In this document: piece after piece, positions 14,034 to 25,862 of the stretch
Layout: each line of letters starts with the position of its first letter
Numbering within the stretch: position 1 is the first letter of the stretch
Source of the DNA: an uncultured Thiotrichales bacterium
GTDB taxonomy: Bacteria; Pseudomonadota; Gammaproteobacteria; UWMA-0217
DNA length: 64,000 bases
Assembly: GCA_964613895.1 (NCBI GenBank)
Contig: CAZTJP010000001.1
Coordinates: 5,386 to 69,385 of the forward strand
Direction of reading: 5' to 3'
Translations under genes and position numbers: made by a program
The notes under the pieces: model-generated
Seen by the model: only the letters and a program-made list of their open reading frames with translations
What the model was told of the DNA's origin: nothing
Database searches by the model: none

Positions 14034-14306
14034 GTGCCACGTTCGCTCATTAAAGGGCCTTTTGTCGATCACCACCTTGAGAAGAAGGTACGGGCCGCAA
14101 TCGAGAAAGGTGACAAGAAACCGATCAAGACCTGGTCGCGACGTTCGATGATCACGCCCGATATGGTTGGTCTGACGATCGCCGTCCATAACGGCCGCCA
14201 GCACATGCCGGTTTTGATCAATGAAAATATGGTTGGCCACAAGTTGGGTGAGTTCGCGGTGACGCGTACCTACCGTGGTCACATTGCCAACAAGAAAGCG
14301 AGGTAA
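14034..14306 (+). CDS. rpsS: 30S ribosomal protein S19
   Basis: GTG start after GAGGTGAG; [18 protein letters not shown]... Confidence 0.95.
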   Translation: MPRSLIKGPFVDHHLEKKVRAAIEKGDKKPIKTWSRRSMITPDMVGLTIAVHNGRQHMPVLINENMVGHKLGEFAVTRTYRGHIANKKAR

Positions 14307-14311
14307 GGGTC

Positions 14312-14650
14312 GTGGCGATAGAAACAGCGGCTAAGCTCAGGATGGCGCGTATTTCTCCGCAAAAGGCGCGGTTGGTGGCGGATCAGCTGCGTGGACTGGA
14401 GGTGGAGAAGGCGCTCGAGATTCTCGCGTTCAGCCCCAAGAAGGGGGCCCGGATCATCAAGAAAGTGCTCGAGTCGGCGATTGCCAATGCCGAGCATAAT
14501 GAAGGTGCCGATATCGATGAGCTTAAAGTATCGACCATCTATGTCGATCAGGGTCCGGTTTACAAGCGGATTCAGCCTCGGGCGAAAGGGCGTGCGAATC
14601 GGATACTGAAGCGCACCAGTCACATTACTGTCTGCGTAAGCGATCAGTAG
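14312..14650 (+). CDS. rplV: 50S ribosomal protein L22
   Basis: [27 protein letters not shown]...; 112 aa. Confidence 0.95.
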   Translation: MAIETAAKLRMARISPQKARLVADQLRGLEVEKALEILAFSPKKGARIIKKVLESAIANAEHNEGADIDELKVSTIYVDQGPVYKRIQPRAKGRANRILKRTSHITVCVSDQ

Positions 14651-14660
14651 GAGATTTTAT

Positions 14661-15359
14661 ATGGGACAAAAAGTACACCCAGTTGGCTTCAGGCTCGGAA
14701 TTTCAACCGACTGGAATGCGCGCTGGTATGCCGATAAACGTGATTATGCCGCCAACCTTTTGGGCGACGTCAAGATCAGGGATTTTCTTTCCGAGAAGCT
14801 CAAGGGCGCCTCGGTCAAAAAGATCGAGATCGAACGTTCGGCTGGTAATGTGTTGGTGACGATTCACACAGCACGCCCGGGCATCGTCATCGGCAAGAAA
14901 GGCGAAGATATCGAAAGACTCCGCAAGTCGGTGGCGTCTTTGGCCGGTATCGATGTCAGCAAGCTGAAGATGAATATCGAGGAAGTACGCAAGCCCGAGA
15001 CCGAGGCGCAGCTGGTATCCGAGAGTATTTCCCAGCAGCTTGAACGGCGGATCATGTTCCGTCGTGCGATGAAAAGAGCCGTCAGCAACGCCATGCGCCT
15101 GGGAGCTCTGGGCGTGAAAGTTCATGTCTCCGGCCGTCTCAATGGTGCGGAGATTGCCCGGGCCGAATGGTATCGCGAGGGGCGGGTGCCTCTGCATACG
15201 CTGCGCGCGGATATCGACTATGGCTTTACTGAAGCCAAGACAACTTACGGGATCCTTGGCGTCAAAGTCTGGATCTACAAAGGCGAGGTTTATGATCTCG
15301 AGGCAAAACGTCAGTCCCAGAAGAAGGGGCCGGCAAAAGGACAGCGCAAGAGTAACTGA
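14661..15359 (+). CDS. rpsC: 30S ribosomal protein S3
   Basis: [24 protein letters not shown]...; 232 aa. Confidence 0.97.
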   Translation: MGQKVHPVGFRLGISTDWNARWYADKRDYAANLLGDVKIRDFLSEKLKGASVKKIEIERSAGNVLVTIHTARPGIVIGKKGEDIERLRKSVASLAGIDVSKLKMNIEEVRKPETEAQLVSESISQQLERRIMFRRAMKRAVSNAMRLGALGVKVHVSGRLNGAEIARAEWYREGRVPLHTLRADIDYGFTEAKTTYGILGVKVWIYKGEVYDLEAKRQSQKKGPAKGQRKSN

Positions 15360-15361
15360 TC

Positions 15362-15775
15362 ATGTTGCAGCCCAAACGAACCAAGTATCGCAAACAGCAC
15401 AAAGGCCGTAATCGCGGACTCGCGCAGAACGGGAACCGGGTCAGTTTCGGCGAGTACGGGCTCAAGGCCACCGGCAGGGGCCGTATCACCGCGCGTCAGA
15501 TCGAGGCAGCCCGGCGCGCAATGACACGCAGGGTCAAGCGGGTTGGCAAGATTTGGATTCGCATCTTCCCCGATGTGCCAGTGACCAAGAAACCACTCGA
15601 GGTCCGGATGGGTAAGGGTAAGGGTAACGTCGAATACTGGGTTGCCAAGATCCAGCCCGGCAAGATGCTCTATGAAATCGAGGGTGTCGATGAGGCGACC
15701 GCGCGTGATGCGTTTCGCCTGGCAGCCGCCAAGCTGCCGGTGAGTACTGAGTTCGTAACACGTCAGGTGATGTGA
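15362..15775 (+). CDS. rplP: 50S ribosomal protein L16
   Basis: [19 protein letters not shown]...; 137 aa. Confidence 0.97.
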   Translation: MLQPKRTKYRKQHKGRNRGLAQNGNRVSFGEYGLKATGRGRITARQIEAARRAMTRRVKRVGKIWIRIFPDVPVTKKPLEVRMGKGKGNVEYWVAKIQPGKMLYEIEGVDEATARDAFRLAAAKLPVSTEFVTRQVM

Positions 15776-15978
15776 TGAAGGCTTCCGAATTGAGAGAAAA
15801 GACAATCGAAGAGTTGAATGAGGAACTCATCAACTTGCGTCAGGAGCAGTTCAATTTACGCATGCAGCAAGGTACCGGTCAGAATCCAAGGCCTGACCAG
15901 ATCTCCAAGGCGCGCAAGAATGTTGCCCGGGTGATGACCATTATTCGCGAAAAACAGCTCCAAGGTAAGCAGGCATGA
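15775..15978 (+). CDS. rpmC: 50S ribosomal protein L29
   Basis: ATG overlapping the rplP stop (TGATGA); [31 protein letters not shown]... Confidence 0.93.
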   Translation: MKASELREKTIEELNEELINLRQEQFNLRMQQGTGQNPRPDQISKARKNVARVMTIIREKQLQGKQA

Positions 15979-16241
15979 GTGAAGTGCAACAGAAAGATGC
16001 GACCAAAATCGAAAGGACACTTTCGGGTCGCGTGGTGAGCGACAAGATGGACAAAACCATCACGGTCAAAGTCGAGCGGTTGGTCAAGCATCCCGTGTAT
16101 GGCAAGTTCATTCGGCGCTCCACGAAGTTTCATGTCCATGATGAGAACAACTCTGCGAAAGCTGGAGATACCGTTATCATCAGGGAATCACGACCCCATT
16201 CAAAAACCAAGTCCTGGGACCTGGTGAGAATCGTCGATTAA
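15975..16241 (+). CDS. rpsQ: 30S ribosomal protein S17
   Basis: [35 protein letters not shown]...; ATGA overlap with rpmC. Confidence 0.95.
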   Translation: MSEVQQKDATKIERTLSGRVVSDKMDKTITVKVERLVKHPVYGKFIRRSTKFHVHDENNSAKAGDTVIIRESRPHSKTKSWDLVRIVD

Positions 16242-16271
16242 TCAATTGGTTTAACCGGACGGAAGACTGCA

Positions 16272-16640
16272 ATGATTCAAATGCAAACAGTACTGGGTGT
16301 GGCGGATAACAGCGGCGCCAAAAAAGTACAATGCATAAAGGTGCTCGGTGGTTCTCATCGCCGCTATGCCGCGATTGGCGATGTGATCAAGGTCAGCGTC
16401 AAAGAGGCGATTCCAAGGGGCAAGGTCAAGAAAGGCGATGTTTACAATGCGGTCGTTGTTCGTACCGCAAAAGGCGTACGTCGAAAGGACGGCTCGCTGA
16501 TTCGGTTCGATAACAATGCTGCGGTCCTGTTGAATGCGCAGTATCAACCGATAGGAACGCGTATTTTTGGTCCGGTGACCCGTGAACTGAGAACTCAGCA
16601 GTTCATGAAGATTATTTCACTTGCACCAGAAGTGCTTTGA
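16272..16640 (+). CDS. rplN: 50S ribosomal protein L14
   Basis: [28 protein letters not shown]...; 122 aa. Confidence 0.97.
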   Translation: MIQMQTVLGVADNSGAKKVQCIKVLGGSHRRYAAIGDVIKVSVKEAIPRGKVKKGDVYNAVVVRTAKGVRRKDGSLIRFDNNAAVLLNAQYQPIGTRIFGPVTRELRTQQFMKIISLAPEVL

Positions 16641-16651
16641 CGGAGAAATCG

Positions 16652-16969
16652 ATGAACCGTTTACGCAAAGGTGATGAAGTCATCGTAATCGCCGGAAAGG
16701 ACAAGGGGCGCCGGGGCACTATCGAAAAGGTGCTGAAAAACGGCAAGGTCCTCGTTCAGAATATCAATGTTGTCAAAAAGCATCAGAAGGGCAATCCGAA
16801 TGCGGGTGTGCCTGGTGGCATCATCCAGAAGGAAATGCCGCTGGATGCTTCCAATGTCATGTTGTTCAATCCGGCGACGGGCAAGGGCGACAGAGTTGGT
16901 TTCAAGACGCTGGAAGACGGTCGCAAGGTTCGTTATTTCAAATCCAATAACGAAACCGTAGATCAGTAG
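16652..16969 (+). CDS. rplX: 50S ribosomal protein L24
   Basis: [27 protein letters not shown]...; GGAG 7 nt upstream (the ORF track starts at 16637). Confidence 0.92.
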   Translation: MNRLRKGDEVIVIAGKDKGRRGTIEKVLKNGKVLVQNINVVKKHQKGNPNAGVPGGIIQKEMPLDASNVMLFNPATGKGDRVGFKTLEDGRKVRYFKSNNETVDQ

Positions 16970-16976
16970 GTGTAGC

Positions 16977-17516
16977 ATGGCCAGATTGCAAAAACTTTTC
17001 AAAGAAGAAATCGCTCCCAAACTGCAGGCGCAGCTTGGCCTGAGTAACCCGATGGATGTTCCGCGGCTGGAAAAGATCACCCTCAATATGGGGTTGGGCG
17101 AAGCCGTGAGTGACAAAAAAATCATCCAGAACGCGATTGGCGACATGACCCTGATCGCGGGGCAAAAAGCGGTGCCGACACTGGCACGAAAGTCCATCGC
17201 CGGTTTCAAGATTCGGGATGGTTGGCCGATTGGTTGCAAAGTCACTTTGCGCCGCGAGCGTATGTACGAATTTTTCGATCGTTTGATCAATATTGCAATT
17301 CCGAGGATTCGAGACTTCAGAGGGTTGAGTCCAAAAAGTTTCGATGGTCGCGGTAACTACAATATGGGTGTCCGCGAGCAGATCATTTTCCCGGAAATCG
17401 ACTATGACAAGATTGATGTGCTGAGGGGGCTCGATATTTCGATCACCACCAGTACCAACAACGACGAACACGCCAGGGCATTGTTGCAGGCGTTTTCGTT
17501 TCCATTCAGGAACTAG
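16977..17516 (+). CDS. rplE: 50S ribosomal protein L5
   Basis: [43 protein letters not shown]...; 179 aa. Confidence 0.97.
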   Translation: MARLQKLFKEEIAPKLQAQLGLSNPMDVPRLEKITLNMGLGEAVSDKKIIQNAIGDMTLIAGQKAVPTLARKSIAGFKIRDGWPIGCKVTLRRERMYEFFDRLINIAIPRIRDFRGLSPKSFDGRGNYNMGVREQIIFPEIDYDKIDVLRGLDISITTSTNNDEHARALLQAFSFPFRN

Positions 17517-17526
17517 AAGCAAGTTT

Positions 17527-17832
17527 ATGGCTAAGGTATCAATGCTTGAGCGCGAAAAACGCCGTATCAAGGCGCATCGCAAATATGCGGCAAAACGCGC
17601 CGAACTGAAAGCAATCATTCGTAATCCTGAGGTGGATTTCGAAGTCAGAATGGATGCGGTGGCACGGTTGCAGAAGCTCCCGCGAGATGGCAGTAAATGC
17701 CGCCAGCGGAATCGTTGCGGTTTGACCGGGCGTCCGCATGGGTATTACCGGAAATTCGGACTTGGCAGAAACAAGCTGCGTGAGTTGGCCATGCGGGGCG
17801 ATATCCCCGGACTGGTCAAGGCGAGCTGGTAG
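17527..17832 (+). CDS. rpsN: 30S ribosomal protein S14
   Basis: [30 protein letters not shown]...; 101 aa (long form). Confidence 0.95.
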   Translation: MAKVSMLEREKRRIKAHRKYAAKRAELKAIIRNPEVDFEVRMDAVARLQKLPRDGSKCRQRNRCGLTGRPHGYYRKFGLGRNKLRELAMRGDIPGLVKASW

Positions 17833-17843
17833 GAGATTGCGTT

Positions 17844-18236
17844 ATGAGTATGTCTGATCCAGTTGCCGATATGCTGACCCGCCTCCGCAATGCGCAGCGC
17901 GCAGGTCTCGAGTCGGTCTCCATGCCCTCCTCTAAACTGAAGGTTGCCATTGCTCGTGTGCTCGAGCGTGAGGGTTATATCGCTTCTTTCAATGTTTCCG
18001 GGGATGCCAAGCCCGAGTTGTCCATCGAGCTCAAATATTTCGAAGGCAAGCCTGTGGTCGAGTCCATCAAACGGGTGAGTCGGCCGGGCCTGAGAATTTT
18101 CAAAGGCAAGGATGAGTTGCCGATGGTCAATGGTGGGCTGGGTATCGCGATCGTGTCGACCTCCAAGGGTGTCGTCAGTGATCGCGAAGCACGCGCCGCG
18201 GGCCAGGGTGGCGAAGTCATTTGTACAGTCAGTTAA
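17844..18236 (+). CDS. rpsH: 30S ribosomal protein S8
   Basis: [46 protein letters not shown]... Confidence 0.97.
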   Translation: MSMSDPVADMLTRLRNAQRAGLESVSMPSSKLKVAIARVLEREGYIASFNVSGDAKPELSIELKYFEGKPVVESIKRVSRPGLRIFKGKDELPMVNGGLGIAIVSTSKGVVSDREARAAGQGGEVICTVS

Positions 18237-18249
18237 TCAGGATATTCCG

Positions 18250-18786
18250 ATGTCTCGCATAGCCAATGAGCCGGTCAAGATTCCATCAGGCGTTGAAGTC
18301 AACGTCAGCGGCCAGAGTATTTCCCTGAAGGGTCCGAAAGGTGCTTTCGAGTACGAAATTCACCCTTCGGTACGCATCGATCAGGAAGACAATGTACTCA
18401 AGTTTCGTATGAATGAGGAAGCCAAGGCCAAGACGGACGCCATGGCCGGGACCATGCGATCGGTAGTCAACAATATGGTTCAGGGTGTTGCCCAAGGCTT
18501 CGAAAAGAAACTCGAGTTGGTTGGAGTAGGTTACCGGGCCAAGGTTCAGGGTAACAAACTCGATCTGACACTCGGCTTTTCGCACCCAGTACAGTACGTT
18601 GCGCCTGAAGGGATCACCATAGAGACACCGAGTCAAACAGAGATCGTTGTCAAAGGCGCTGATAAACAGGTTGTCGGGCAGGTGGCCGCGGAGATTCGTG
18701 CTTACCGCCCACCCGAGCCTTACAAGGGCAAGGGTGTCAAATACGCGGATGAATACATCATTCGTAAAGAAGCGAAGAAAAAGTAG
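18250..18786 (+). CDS. rplF: 50S ribosomal protein L6
   Basis: [36 protein letters not shown]...; the ORF track starts 46 codons upstream inside rpsH. Confidence 0.95.
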   Translation: MSRIANEPVKIPSGVEVNVSGQSISLKGPKGAFEYEIHPSVRIDQEDNVLKFRMNEEAKAKTDAMAGTMRSVVNNMVQGVAQGFEKKLELVGVGYRAKVQGNKLDLTLGFSHPVQYVAPEGITIETPSQTEIVVKGADKQVVGQVAAEIRAYRPPEPYKGKGVKYADEYIIRKEAKKK

Positions 18787-18795
18787 GTCCTCAGC

Positions 18796-19152
18796 ATGCA
18801 GAGCAAGAAACAGTCTCGAATTCGCCGGGCTCGCAAGACGCGCGCCAAGCTTCGTCAGCTGCGAGTCAATCGTCTCACGGTTCATCGCACGCCGAGGCAT
18901 ATCTATGCCCAGGTCATCGGGCCCGACGGTGCGACAACATTGGCCTGTGCTTCGACCCTGGACAAGGAGTTGCGCAAGGCGCTCAAGTCTACCGGCAATA
19001 TCGAGGCAGCGGCAGCTGTGGGCAAGATGATTGCGGAGCGTGCCAAGGCCAAGGGTATCGAGCAGGTCTCTTTCGACCGTTCCGGATTCAAATACCATGG
19101 CCGCGTGAAGGCGTTGGCGGATGGCGCCCGTGAAGCAGGATTAAAATTTTAG
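18796..19152 (+). CDS. rplR: 50S ribosomal protein L18
   Basis: [22 protein letters not shown]...; 118 aa. Confidence 0.95.
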   Translation: MQSKKQSRIRRARKTRAKLRQLRVNRLTVHRTPRHIYAQVIGPDGATTLACASTLDKELRKALKSTGNIEAAAAVGKMIAERAKAKGIEQVSFDRSGFKYHGRVKALADGAREAGLKF

Positions 19153-19165
19153 CAGGTATACGACG

Positions 19166-19672
19166 ATGGCGCGTACAGAAACGAATGAGCCCAGTGATGG
19201 CTTGCAAGAGAAGCTGGTTACGATCAACCGCGTAGCCAAGGTTGTCAAGGGCGGTCGCCAGTTCGGCTTCACCGCATTGGCGGTTGTCGGCGATGGCGAG
19301 GGCAAGATCGGTATCGGTTACGGCAAGGCCCGTGAAGTTCCGTTGGCGATTCAGAAAGCGATGGAGAAAGCGCGTCGCGAGATGGTCACCGTTTCACTCA
19401 ATGATGGCACTTTGCACTATGCGGTGACTGCCCGTCACGGGGGCGCCAAGGTCTATATGCAACCGGCTTCGGAAGGTACTGGTGTCATCGCCGGCGGTGC
19501 GATGCGTGCGATCTTCGAGGTCGTCGGTGTCCGCAACGTGTTGGCCAAGTGTATCGGCTCGACCAACCCGATCAATGTGGTTCGGGCAACACTGAAGGGC
19601 TTGCAGCAAATTTCCTCTCCGGAGTCAGTGGCTGCCAAGCGGGGTAAAACGGTTGAAGAGATTTTGGGATAG
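19166..19672 (+). CDS. rpsE: 30S ribosomal protein S5
   Basis: ...[43 protein letters not shown]...; 168 aa. Confidence 0.97.
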   Translation: MARTETNEPSDGLQEKLVTINRVAKVVKGGRQFGFTALAVVGDGEGKIGIGYGKAREVPLAIQKAMEKARREMVTVSLNDGTLHYAVTARHGGAKVYMQPASEGTGVIAGGAMRAIFEVVGVRNVLAKCIGSTNPINVVRATLKGLQQISSPESVAAKRGKTVEEILG

Positions 19673-19676
19673 AGCC

Positions 19677-19865
19677 ATGGCGAAGACTAAGCAACTGAAA
19701 GTCACCCTGTGTCGTAGCCTGAATGGCCGTTTGAAGTCACACAAGGCATGCGCGCGTGGTCTCGGCATTCGCAAGATGCATAATCCCGTGGTTGTTGCTG
19801 ATACGCCCGAGAATCGTGGGATGATCAACAAGATCTCCTATATGGTCACTGTCGAGGAACTGTGA
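19677..19865 (+). CDS. rpmD: 50S ribosomal protein L30
   Basis: [62 protein letters not shown]; the ORF track starts 8 codons upstream inside rpsE. Confidence 0.93.
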   Translation: MAKTKQLKVTLCRSLNGRLKSHKACARGLGIRKMHNPVVVADTPENRGMINKISYMVTVEEL

Positions 19866-19866
19866 A

Positions 19867-20301
19867 ATGTATTTGAATACGTTAAAGCCTGCTGAAGGCA
19901 GCCGGCGTAACCGCCGCAGGGTTGGCAGAGGAATCGGTTCCGGTTTCGGCAAAACCTGTGGCCGAGGCCACAAGGGTCAGAAATCCCGTTCCGGTGGTTA
20001 TCATAAGGTGGGTTTCGAAGGCGGACAGATGCCGCTCCAGCGGCGCTTGCCCAAGATCGGTTTTCGTTCCAGAAAATCCCTGGTCTCTGCTCAGCTGCGC
20101 CTGCATGAATTGAACGGCGTCGATGCCGATGTCATCGATATCGAGACACTCAAGGCTGCAGGGCTGATTGGCAAGGGAATCCGGCAAGTCAAGGTTTTTG
20201 CCTCGGGTGAGATCACCAAGGCTGTTGTGCTCAAGGGTATTTCCGCAACCAAAGGCGCGCGTCAGGCAATTGAAGCGGCCGGCGGCAAGCTGGAGGATTG
20301 A
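19867..20301 (+). CDS. rplO: 50S ribosomal protein L15
   Basis: [44 protein letters not shown]... Confidence 0.95.
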   Translation: MYLNTLKPAEGSRRNRRRVGRGIGSGFGKTCGRGHKGQKSRSGGYHKVGFEGGQMPLQRRLPKIGFRSRKSLVSAQLRLHELNGVDADVIDIETLKAAGLIGKGIRQVKVFASGEITKAVVLKGISATKGARQAIEAAGGKLED

Positions 20302-20302
20302 A

Positions 20303-21658
20303 GTGGCCAAAGCGGCGACAACGGCTGGACCGGCACTGGGTGACCTCGGAAAACTGACTGAACTCAGGCAGCGTCTGATGTTCGTGTTGATGGGGTTGGT
20401 GGTGTATCGGATCGGTACCTTCATTCCGGTTCCCGGGATCAACCCTGTCGCACTCGAACAGTTTTTCAATCAGCATACCGGCACTATCCTGGACATGTTC
20501 AACATGTTCTCTGGAGGCGCGCTCAAGCGGCTGAGTTTGTTTGCATTGGGTATCATGCCGTACATCTCGGCTTCCATCATTATGCAGTTGCTGGCGGTGG
20601 TGGTGCCGTCTCTGGAACAGCTGAAAAAAGAGGGTGAAGCGGGTCGGCGCAAGATTACCCAATACACGCGCTACTTTACCGTGGTGCTCGCAACCTTTCA
20701 GGCTATCGGTGTGGCGATCAGTCTGGAGTCGCAGAGTGTTGGTGGGCTTTCTGTGGCCATCAATCCGGGCTTTTCGTTCATCTTTACCACAGTTGTCTCT
20801 CTGGTCACTGGGACGCTTTTTCTCATGTGGCTCGGTGAACAGATTACTGAGCGTGGGTTGGGTAACGGGATTTCGATCATCATCTTTGGCGGTATCGTTG
20901 CCGGGTTGCCACGTGCGGTTGGTGGCACGCTTGAACTGGCGCGCACTGGTGAGCTGTCGCCCGGCCTCGTGTTGCTGATTCTCGTGCTGGCGGTGGCGGT
21001 GACCTTCTTCGTCGTATTCGTCGAAAGGGGGCAGCGTCGCATCACCGTGAACTATGCGAAACGTCAACAAGGGCGAAAGCTCTATGCGGCCCAGTCCAGC
21101 CATCTGCCGTTGAAACTGAACATGGCTGGCGTCATCCCGCCAATCTTCGCATCCAGTATCATTCTTTTTCCGGCGACGCTGGGCCAATGGTTTGGCCGCA
21201 CCGAGGGGATGAGTTGGTTGCAGGATATCACCTCGATGCTCTCTCCCGGGCAGCCGTTGTACATCATGTGCTATGCGGCAGCGATTGTATTCTTCTGCTT
21301 CTTCTATACTGCATTGGTATTCAACTCGCGCGAAACGGCGGAGAACCTCAAGAAGTCGGGTGCGTTTATCCCAGGTATTCGTCCCGGGAAGCAGACAGCC
21401 AAGTATATCGACGGAGTCATGACCCGGCTGACTGCTGTCGGCGCCATTTATATCACCGTGGTGTGTTTGCTGCCCGAGTTCCTCATTCTCAACTGGAATG
21501 TCCCGTTCTATTTCGGTGGCACGTCGCTATTGATCATCGTGGTTGTGGTGATGGACTTCATTTCACAGGCCCAGGCGCATATGATGTCGCAGCAGTACGA
21601 AGGGCTGATGAAGAAAGCCAACCTCAAGGGATATGGTCGTTCAGGCGTCCTTCGTTAA
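20303..21658 (+). CDS. secY: preprotein translocase subunit SecY
   Basis: GTG start giving [48 protein letters not shown]...; 10 TM segments; the ORF-track start at 20168 lies within rplO in another frame. Confidence 0.93.
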   Translation: MAKAATTAGPALGDLGKLTELRQRLMFVLMGLVVYRIGTFIPVPGINPVALEQFFNQHTGTILDMFNMFSGGALKRLSLFALGIMPYISASIIMQLLAVVVPSLEQLKKEGEAGRRKITQYTRYFTVVLATFQAIGVAISLESQSVGGLSVAINPGFSFIFTTVVSLVTGTLFLMWLGEQITERGLGNGISIIIFGGIVAGLPRAVGGTLELARTGELSPGLVLLILVLAVAVTFFVVFVERGQRRITVNYAKRQQGRKLYAAQSSHLPLKLNMAGVIPPIFASSIILFPATLGQWFGRTEGMSWLQDITSMLSPGQPLYIMCYAAAIVFFCFFYTALVFNSRETAENLKKSGAFIPGIRPGKQTAKYIDGVMTRLTAVGAIYITVVCLLPEFLILNWNVPFYFGGTSLLIIVVVVMDFISQAQAHMMSQQYEGLMKKANLKGYGRSGVLR

Positions 21659-21685
21659 CAAACTGAATTAGTTGGAGAAACTGTC

Positions 21686-21799
21686 ATGAAAGTTCGTGCT
21701 TCCGTGAAGAAGATGTGCCGCGATTGCAAGATCATTCGTCGCAATCGGACAGTGCGTGTGATCTGCAAGGATCCTCGCCACAAGCAACGTCAGGGTTGA
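21686..21799 (+). CDS. rpmJ: 50S ribosomal protein L36
   Basis: Not in the ORF track (37 aa). ATG at 21686 gives [37 protein letters not shown] with the canonical CxxC...C...H zinc ribbon. Confidence 0.85.
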   Translation: MKVRASVKKMCRDCKIIRRNRTVRVICKDPRHKQRQG

Positions 21800-21871
21800 G
21801 CCTTGATATTTGTGGAACAAGTCACTAGAATTGCGCCCCTTTTTGCGCAGGCTGAGTTGGAGAATAGCTGA

Positions 21872-22228
21872 ATGGCCCGTATCGCAGGTATTAACGTACC
21901 CGTAAACAAACACTGTGAGATCGCTTTGACGGCGATTTATGGCATTGGGCGTCCTCGCGCACGCAAGATTTGCGAGGCCACCGGTGTCTCGCCTTCCGCA
22001 AAGATCAAGGACTTGACGGAAGCCGAGATTTCCAAGTTGCGTGAAGAGGTGGGCAAGTACGTCGTCGAGGGTGACCTTCGCCGTGAAGTGTCCATGAACA
22101 TCAAGCGGCTGATGGATCTTGGCTGCTATCGCGGTATTCGTCATCGCCGTGGCTTGCCTTTACGTGGGCAGCGGACTCGCACTAACGCCAGGACACGCAA
22201 AGGTCCACGGCGGTTGATCAAGAAATAG
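21872..22228 (+). CDS. rpsM: 30S ribosomal protein S13
   Basis: [39 protein letters not shown]... Confidence 0.97.
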   Translation: MARIAGINVPVNKHCEIALTAIYGIGRPRARKICEATGVSPSAKIKDLTEAEISKLREEVGKYVVEGDLRREVSMNIKRLMDLGCYRGIRHRRGLPLRGQRTRTNARTRKGPRRLIKK

Positions 22229-22246
22229 ACCCAGGTTTATAGAGAT

Positions 22247-22633
22247 ATGGCAAAGAAAGGTACGACTCGTCGCAAGAACAGACGCAGCGTGACGGATGGA
22301 ATTGCGCATGTGCATGCATCGTTCAACAACACGATCATAACGATCACCGATAATCAGGGCAATGCACTCTCCTGGGCGACTGCAGGGGGCTCCGGTTTTC
22401 GTGGTTCGCGCAAGAGTACCCCGTTTGCGGCGCAGGTTGCGGCCAAGCGTGCTGGTGAGGCGGCAAAGGAATACGGACTCAAGAACCTGCAAGTTCAGGT
22501 CAAGGGGCCGGGTCCCGGACGTGATTCCGCGGTTCGCGCACTCAATGCTGCCGGGTTCAGAATCACCAGTATTTCCGATGTGACGCCTATTCCGCACAAT
22601 GGTTGTCGTCCACCCAAGAAACGTCGAGTATAG
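22247..22633 (+). CDS. rpsK: 30S ribosomal protein S11
   Basis: ...[49 protein letters not shown]... Confidence 0.97.
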   Translation: MAKKGTTRRKNRRSVTDGIAHVHASFNNTIITITDNQGNALSWATAGGSGFRGSRKSTPFAAQVAAKRAGEAAKEYGLKNLQVQVKGPGPGRDSAVRALNAAGFRITSISDVTPIPHNGCRPPKKRRV

Positions 22634-22647
22634 GAAGAGCATAGACA

Positions 22648-23268
22648 ATGGCTAGATATATTGGTCCCAAGTGCAAGTTGACCCGTCGCGAAGGCACGGA
22701 TCTGTTTCTCAAGAGCCGGGCACGCCCGATCGAAAGCAAGTGCAAGATCGACAAGGCTCCGGGGATGCACGGCGATCGTCGAACCAAGGTCACGGATTAT
22801 GGTCTTCAGCTACGGGAGAAGCAGAAACTTCGCCGTACCTATGGCGTACTGGAGAAGCAGTTCCGCAACTATTTCAAGAAGGCTGCGGCGCAGAAGGGTT
22901 CTACCGGTGAGAATCTTCTGAAGTTGCTCGAGAACCGTCTGGATAACGTCGTCTGGCGCATGGGATTTGGTGTCACCCGGGCCGAAGCGCGTCAGCTCGT
23001 CAGTCACAAGGCCATCATGGTCAATGGCAAGGTGGTCAATATTGCGTCGTATCAAGTCAGCCCTGGCGATGAGATCGAGGTGAGAGAAAAGGCCAAAAAG
23101 CAATTGCGGATCAAGGATGCGCTCAATATTGCCGAGCAGTTCGGTTTTCCCGAATGGGTCGAGGTGGATGTGAAGGCGATGAAAGGGATTTACAAGGCGA
23201 CGCCGGAAAGGAGCGATTTGCCACCCGATATCAACGAATCGTTGGTTGTGGAATTGTACTCCAAGTAA
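22648..23268 (+). CDS. rpsD: 30S ribosomal protein S4
   Basis: [23 protein letters not shown]...; 206 aa. Confidence 0.97.
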   Translation: MARYIGPKCKLTRREGTDLFLKSRARPIESKCKIDKAPGMHGDRRTKVTDYGLQLREKQKLRRTYGVLEKQFRNYFKKAAAQKGSTGENLLKLLENRLDNVVWRMGFGVTRAEARQLVSHKAIMVNGKVVNIASYQVSPGDEIEVREKAKKQLRIKDALNIAEQFGFPEWVEVDVKAMKGIYKATPERSDLPPDINESLVVELYSK

Positions 23269-23292
23269 CAGATTACAGAGGTTCGTAAGTTC

Positions 23293-24291
23293 ATGTCAGG
23301 AAACGCCAAAGATTTTTTGCGTCCGAGTCAGATTGTCGTTGAAAGTCATACCGACAATCAGGCCAAAGTCATTCTCGAGCCACTCGAGCGCGGTTTCGGG
23401 CATACATTGGGGAATGCGCTGCGACGCATCCTGCTTTCGTCCATTCCCGGTTGTGCCGTCACCGAGGCAAAGATTGAAGGCGTGTTGCACGAATATACCA
23501 GTATTCCCGGTGTGCGCGAGGATGTCGTCGAAATCCTGCTCAATCTCAAGGGTGTGGCCATCACCATGCATTCCCGGGATGAAACATTGCTGCGTGTCAG
23601 CAAGAAAGGGCCTGGGACAGTTACTGCGGGTGATATCCAGGGCGATCATGATGTGGAAATCGTCAATCCCAATCATGTTATTGCGCACCTCGGAAAGGAT
23701 GGCGAGCTGAACATGGAATTGAAGGTCGAAAAAGGCCGCGGCTACGTGCCAGCTACGGTTCGGCGTAACCCGGATGAGAATCGCGAGATTGGGCATATGT
23801 TGCTGGATGCCAGTTTTTCCCCGATTCGCCGGGTGGCCTACTCGGTCGAGGATGCACGCGTTGAACAACGGACCAACCTCGACAAGCTGATCATCGACCT
23901 CGAGACCAACGGCGCCATCGATCCTGAAGAAGCGATTCGTTCGGCAGCAGGCATCTTGCAGCAGCAGCTTGCTGTGTTTGTCGATTTTGAGCGTCAGGAG
24001 TTGCCCGAACCGGAGACTCATGAGAATGAAATCGATCCGATCCTGCTCAGGCCGGTGGATGATCTCGAGCTGACTGTACGTTCCGCCAACTGCCTCAAGG
24101 CCGAGAATATCTACTATATCGGCGACCTGATTCAGCGGACAGAAGTCGAATTGCTCAAAACGCCCAACCTTGGCAAGAAGTCGCTGACTGAAATCAAGGA
24201 TGTGCTCGGTGCACATGGGCTCGCCATGGGACAGCGTCTGGAGAACTGGCCGCCACCAGGGCTGGAGACTCACGACAAGAAAGCATCCTAG
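23293..24291 (+). CDS. rpoA: DNA-directed RNA polymerase alpha subunit
   Basis: 332 aa; ...[32 protein letters not shown]...; C-terminal domain [25 protein letters not shown]. Confidence 0.97.
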   Translation: MSGNAKDFLRPSQIVVESHTDNQAKVILEPLERGFGHTLGNALRRILLSSIPGCAVTEAKIEGVLHEYTSIPGVREDVVEILLNLKGVAITMHSRDETLLRVSKKGPGTVTAGDIQGDHDVEIVNPNHVIAHLGKDGELNMELKVEKGRGYVPATVRRNPDENREIGHMLLDASFSPIRRVAYSVEDARVEQRTNLDKLIIDLETNGAIDPEEAIRSAAGILQQQLAVFVDFERQELPEPETHENEIDPILLRPVDDLELTVRSANCLKAENIYYIGDLIQRTEVELLKTPNLGKKSLTEIKDVLGAHGLAMGQRLENWPPPGLETHDKKAS

Positions 24292-24319
24292 ACACTCTAA
24301 AGTTTATTGGTACAGAACA

Positions 24320-24700
24320 ATGCGTCATCGTAAATCCGGTCGTCATTTGAATAGAACCAGCAGTCACCGCCAGGCGATGTTCAGGAACATGACCAACAGT
24401 TTGTTTCGTCACGAACTGATCAAAACCACATTGCCCAAGGCCAAGGAGCTGCGGCGCGTGGCTGAGCCACTGATCACGTTGGCGAAAGAGGATTCCGTGC
24501 ATAAGCGCAGATTGGCGTTTGCCCGGATGCGCGACAAGGAGATGGTTGCCAAGCTGTTCAATGAGCTGGGGCCACGCTACCAGGATCGTCCTGGTGGTTA
24601 TCTCAGGATTCTCAAATGTGGGCATCGTACCGGAGACAACGCGCCGATGGCCTATGTGGAGATGGTCGATCGGGCTTTGCCGGACGAAGCGGTCGAGTAA
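24320..24700 (+). CDS. rplQ: 50S ribosomal protein L17
   Basis: [56 protein letters not shown]...; the ORF track starts 40 codons earlier inside rpoA. Confidence 0.95.
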   Translation: MRHRKSGRHLNRTSSHRQAMFRNMTNSLFRHELIKTTLPKAKELRRVAEPLITLAKEDSVHKRRLAFARMRDKEMVAKLFNELGPRYQDRPGGYLRILKCGHRTGDNAPMAYVEMVDRALPDEAVE

Positions 24701-24733
24701 TGTTCTCATGGCCGGGCTGATGCCTGGATTTGT

Positions 24734-24764
24734 AAAAAGGCCAGTATCGTCTGGCCTTTTTTCG
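24734..24764 (+). terminator. intrinsic terminator closing the alpha operon (GGCCAG-tatcgt-CTGGCC + TTTTTT)
   Basis: 6-bp GC stem, 6-nt loop and a T6 run ~40 nt after the rplQ stop. An A5 run precedes the stem, so it could also work in the reverse direction. Confidence 0.65.
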
Positions 24765-24853
24765 TTTGGGGGTGTTTTTTGTTTGCAGGGCACACCGAAA
24801 GGATTTGTGCTATGCTGATAAGCTGAATTTATTAACTCGGCAGCAAGATCGAT

Positions 24854-25753
24854 ATGGCGGATCGTCGTCTTCAAGTGTTCACCACCGTTGCGCGCTTTCT
24901 CAGCTTTACCAAAGCGGCAGAGGTGCTTCACATGACCCAACCGGCCGTTACGTTCCAGGTTCGTCAGCTCGAGGAGTATTTCAATACACGGTTGTTCGAC
25001 AGGACGCACAATAAGGTCAGTCTTACCGAGGCCGGGCGCACAGTGCAGGGTTATGCTGAAAAGATATTCACCTTGTATGACGAGATGGAAGGCAGTGTCC
25101 GTGAGGTGACGGGCGCAATCGGTTCCTCGCTCACTGTTGGCGCGAGCACCACGGTTGCCGAATATATGCTTCCCGCGCTGTTGGGTAAATTCAAGGCAGT
25201 GTATCCGGAAGTCCAACTCAGCCTCAAGGTGTCCAACACCGAAGGGGTGGTCTCCATGGTCGAAAACAATGTCATCGACCTGGCGGTGGTCGAAGCGCCG
25301 GTCAGCAATAAACACCTGCTGGTTGAGAGCTGCCTCATGGATCAATTGGTCGTGACGACTGCACCCGATCACCCTTTGGCGGGCTCCGAGAGCGTATCGG
25401 TCGAAGAGCTGGTCAAATATCCGTTCATCTGCCGCGAGGAAGGTTCCGGTACCCGCGAGGTGATTCATGATTTTTTGGTCGCTCAGGGGGCGGACTCGGA
25501 TTGCCTGAAGATCTGTCTTGAGTTGGGTAGCCCTGAATCCATCAAGGGAGCGGTCGAAGCCGGGATGGGGGTTTCCATTCTTTCGCGGGCCACTATAGGC
25601 AAGGAACTTCAATTGGGAATGCTGGCAGGTATTCCGCTCGATCCTCCCCTCGAACGGCCGTTTTCCTTTGTTCGACAGCGCCAGAAATTCAGGCAGAGAG
25701 CAACCGAGGAACTGCTCGAGTTTGCTCGCAGCTACTGCAAGGAACATCAATAG
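24854..25753 (+). CDS. LysR-family transcriptional regulator
   Basis: N-terminal wHTH LSFTKAAEVLHMTQPAVTFQVRQLEEYFNTRLFDR...LTEAG; 299 aa, typical LysR substrate-binding domain length. Specific subfamily not determinable by eye. Confidence 0.85.
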   Translation: MADRRLQVFTTVARFLSFTKAAEVLHMTQPAVTFQVRQLEEYFNTRLFDRTHNKVSLTEAGRTVQGYAEKIFTLYDEMEGSVREVTGAIGSSLTVGASTTVAEYMLPALLGKFKAVYPEVQLSLKVSNTEGVVSMVENNVIDLAVVEAPVSNKHLLVESCLMDQLVVTTAPDHPLAGSESVSVEELVKYPFICREEGSGTREVIHDFLVAQGADSDCLKICLELGSPESIKGAVEAGMGVSILSRATIGKELQLGMLAGIPLDPPLERPFSFVRQRQKFRQRATEELLEFARSYCKEHQ

Positions 25754-25862
25754 CGTTATCCTGATGTGTCTGTAAGAGGTTGCCTGTCTTGCATGGAGGC
25801 CGGGCCGTGGTTACCGTATTCCTTTCTTTTCGGGGTGGAATTGAGGGCATTTTTCGCATAGG

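Noticed and set aside
20231-21187. 318-aa minus-strand ORF
   Set aside because: Antisense to secY.
23296-24273. 325-aa minus-strand ORF
   Set aside because: Antisense to rpoA.
24194-25750. 518-aa minus-strand ORF
   Set aside because: Antisense to rplQ and the LysR gene; the plus-strand LysR frame has a clear wHTH motif whereas this frame has none.
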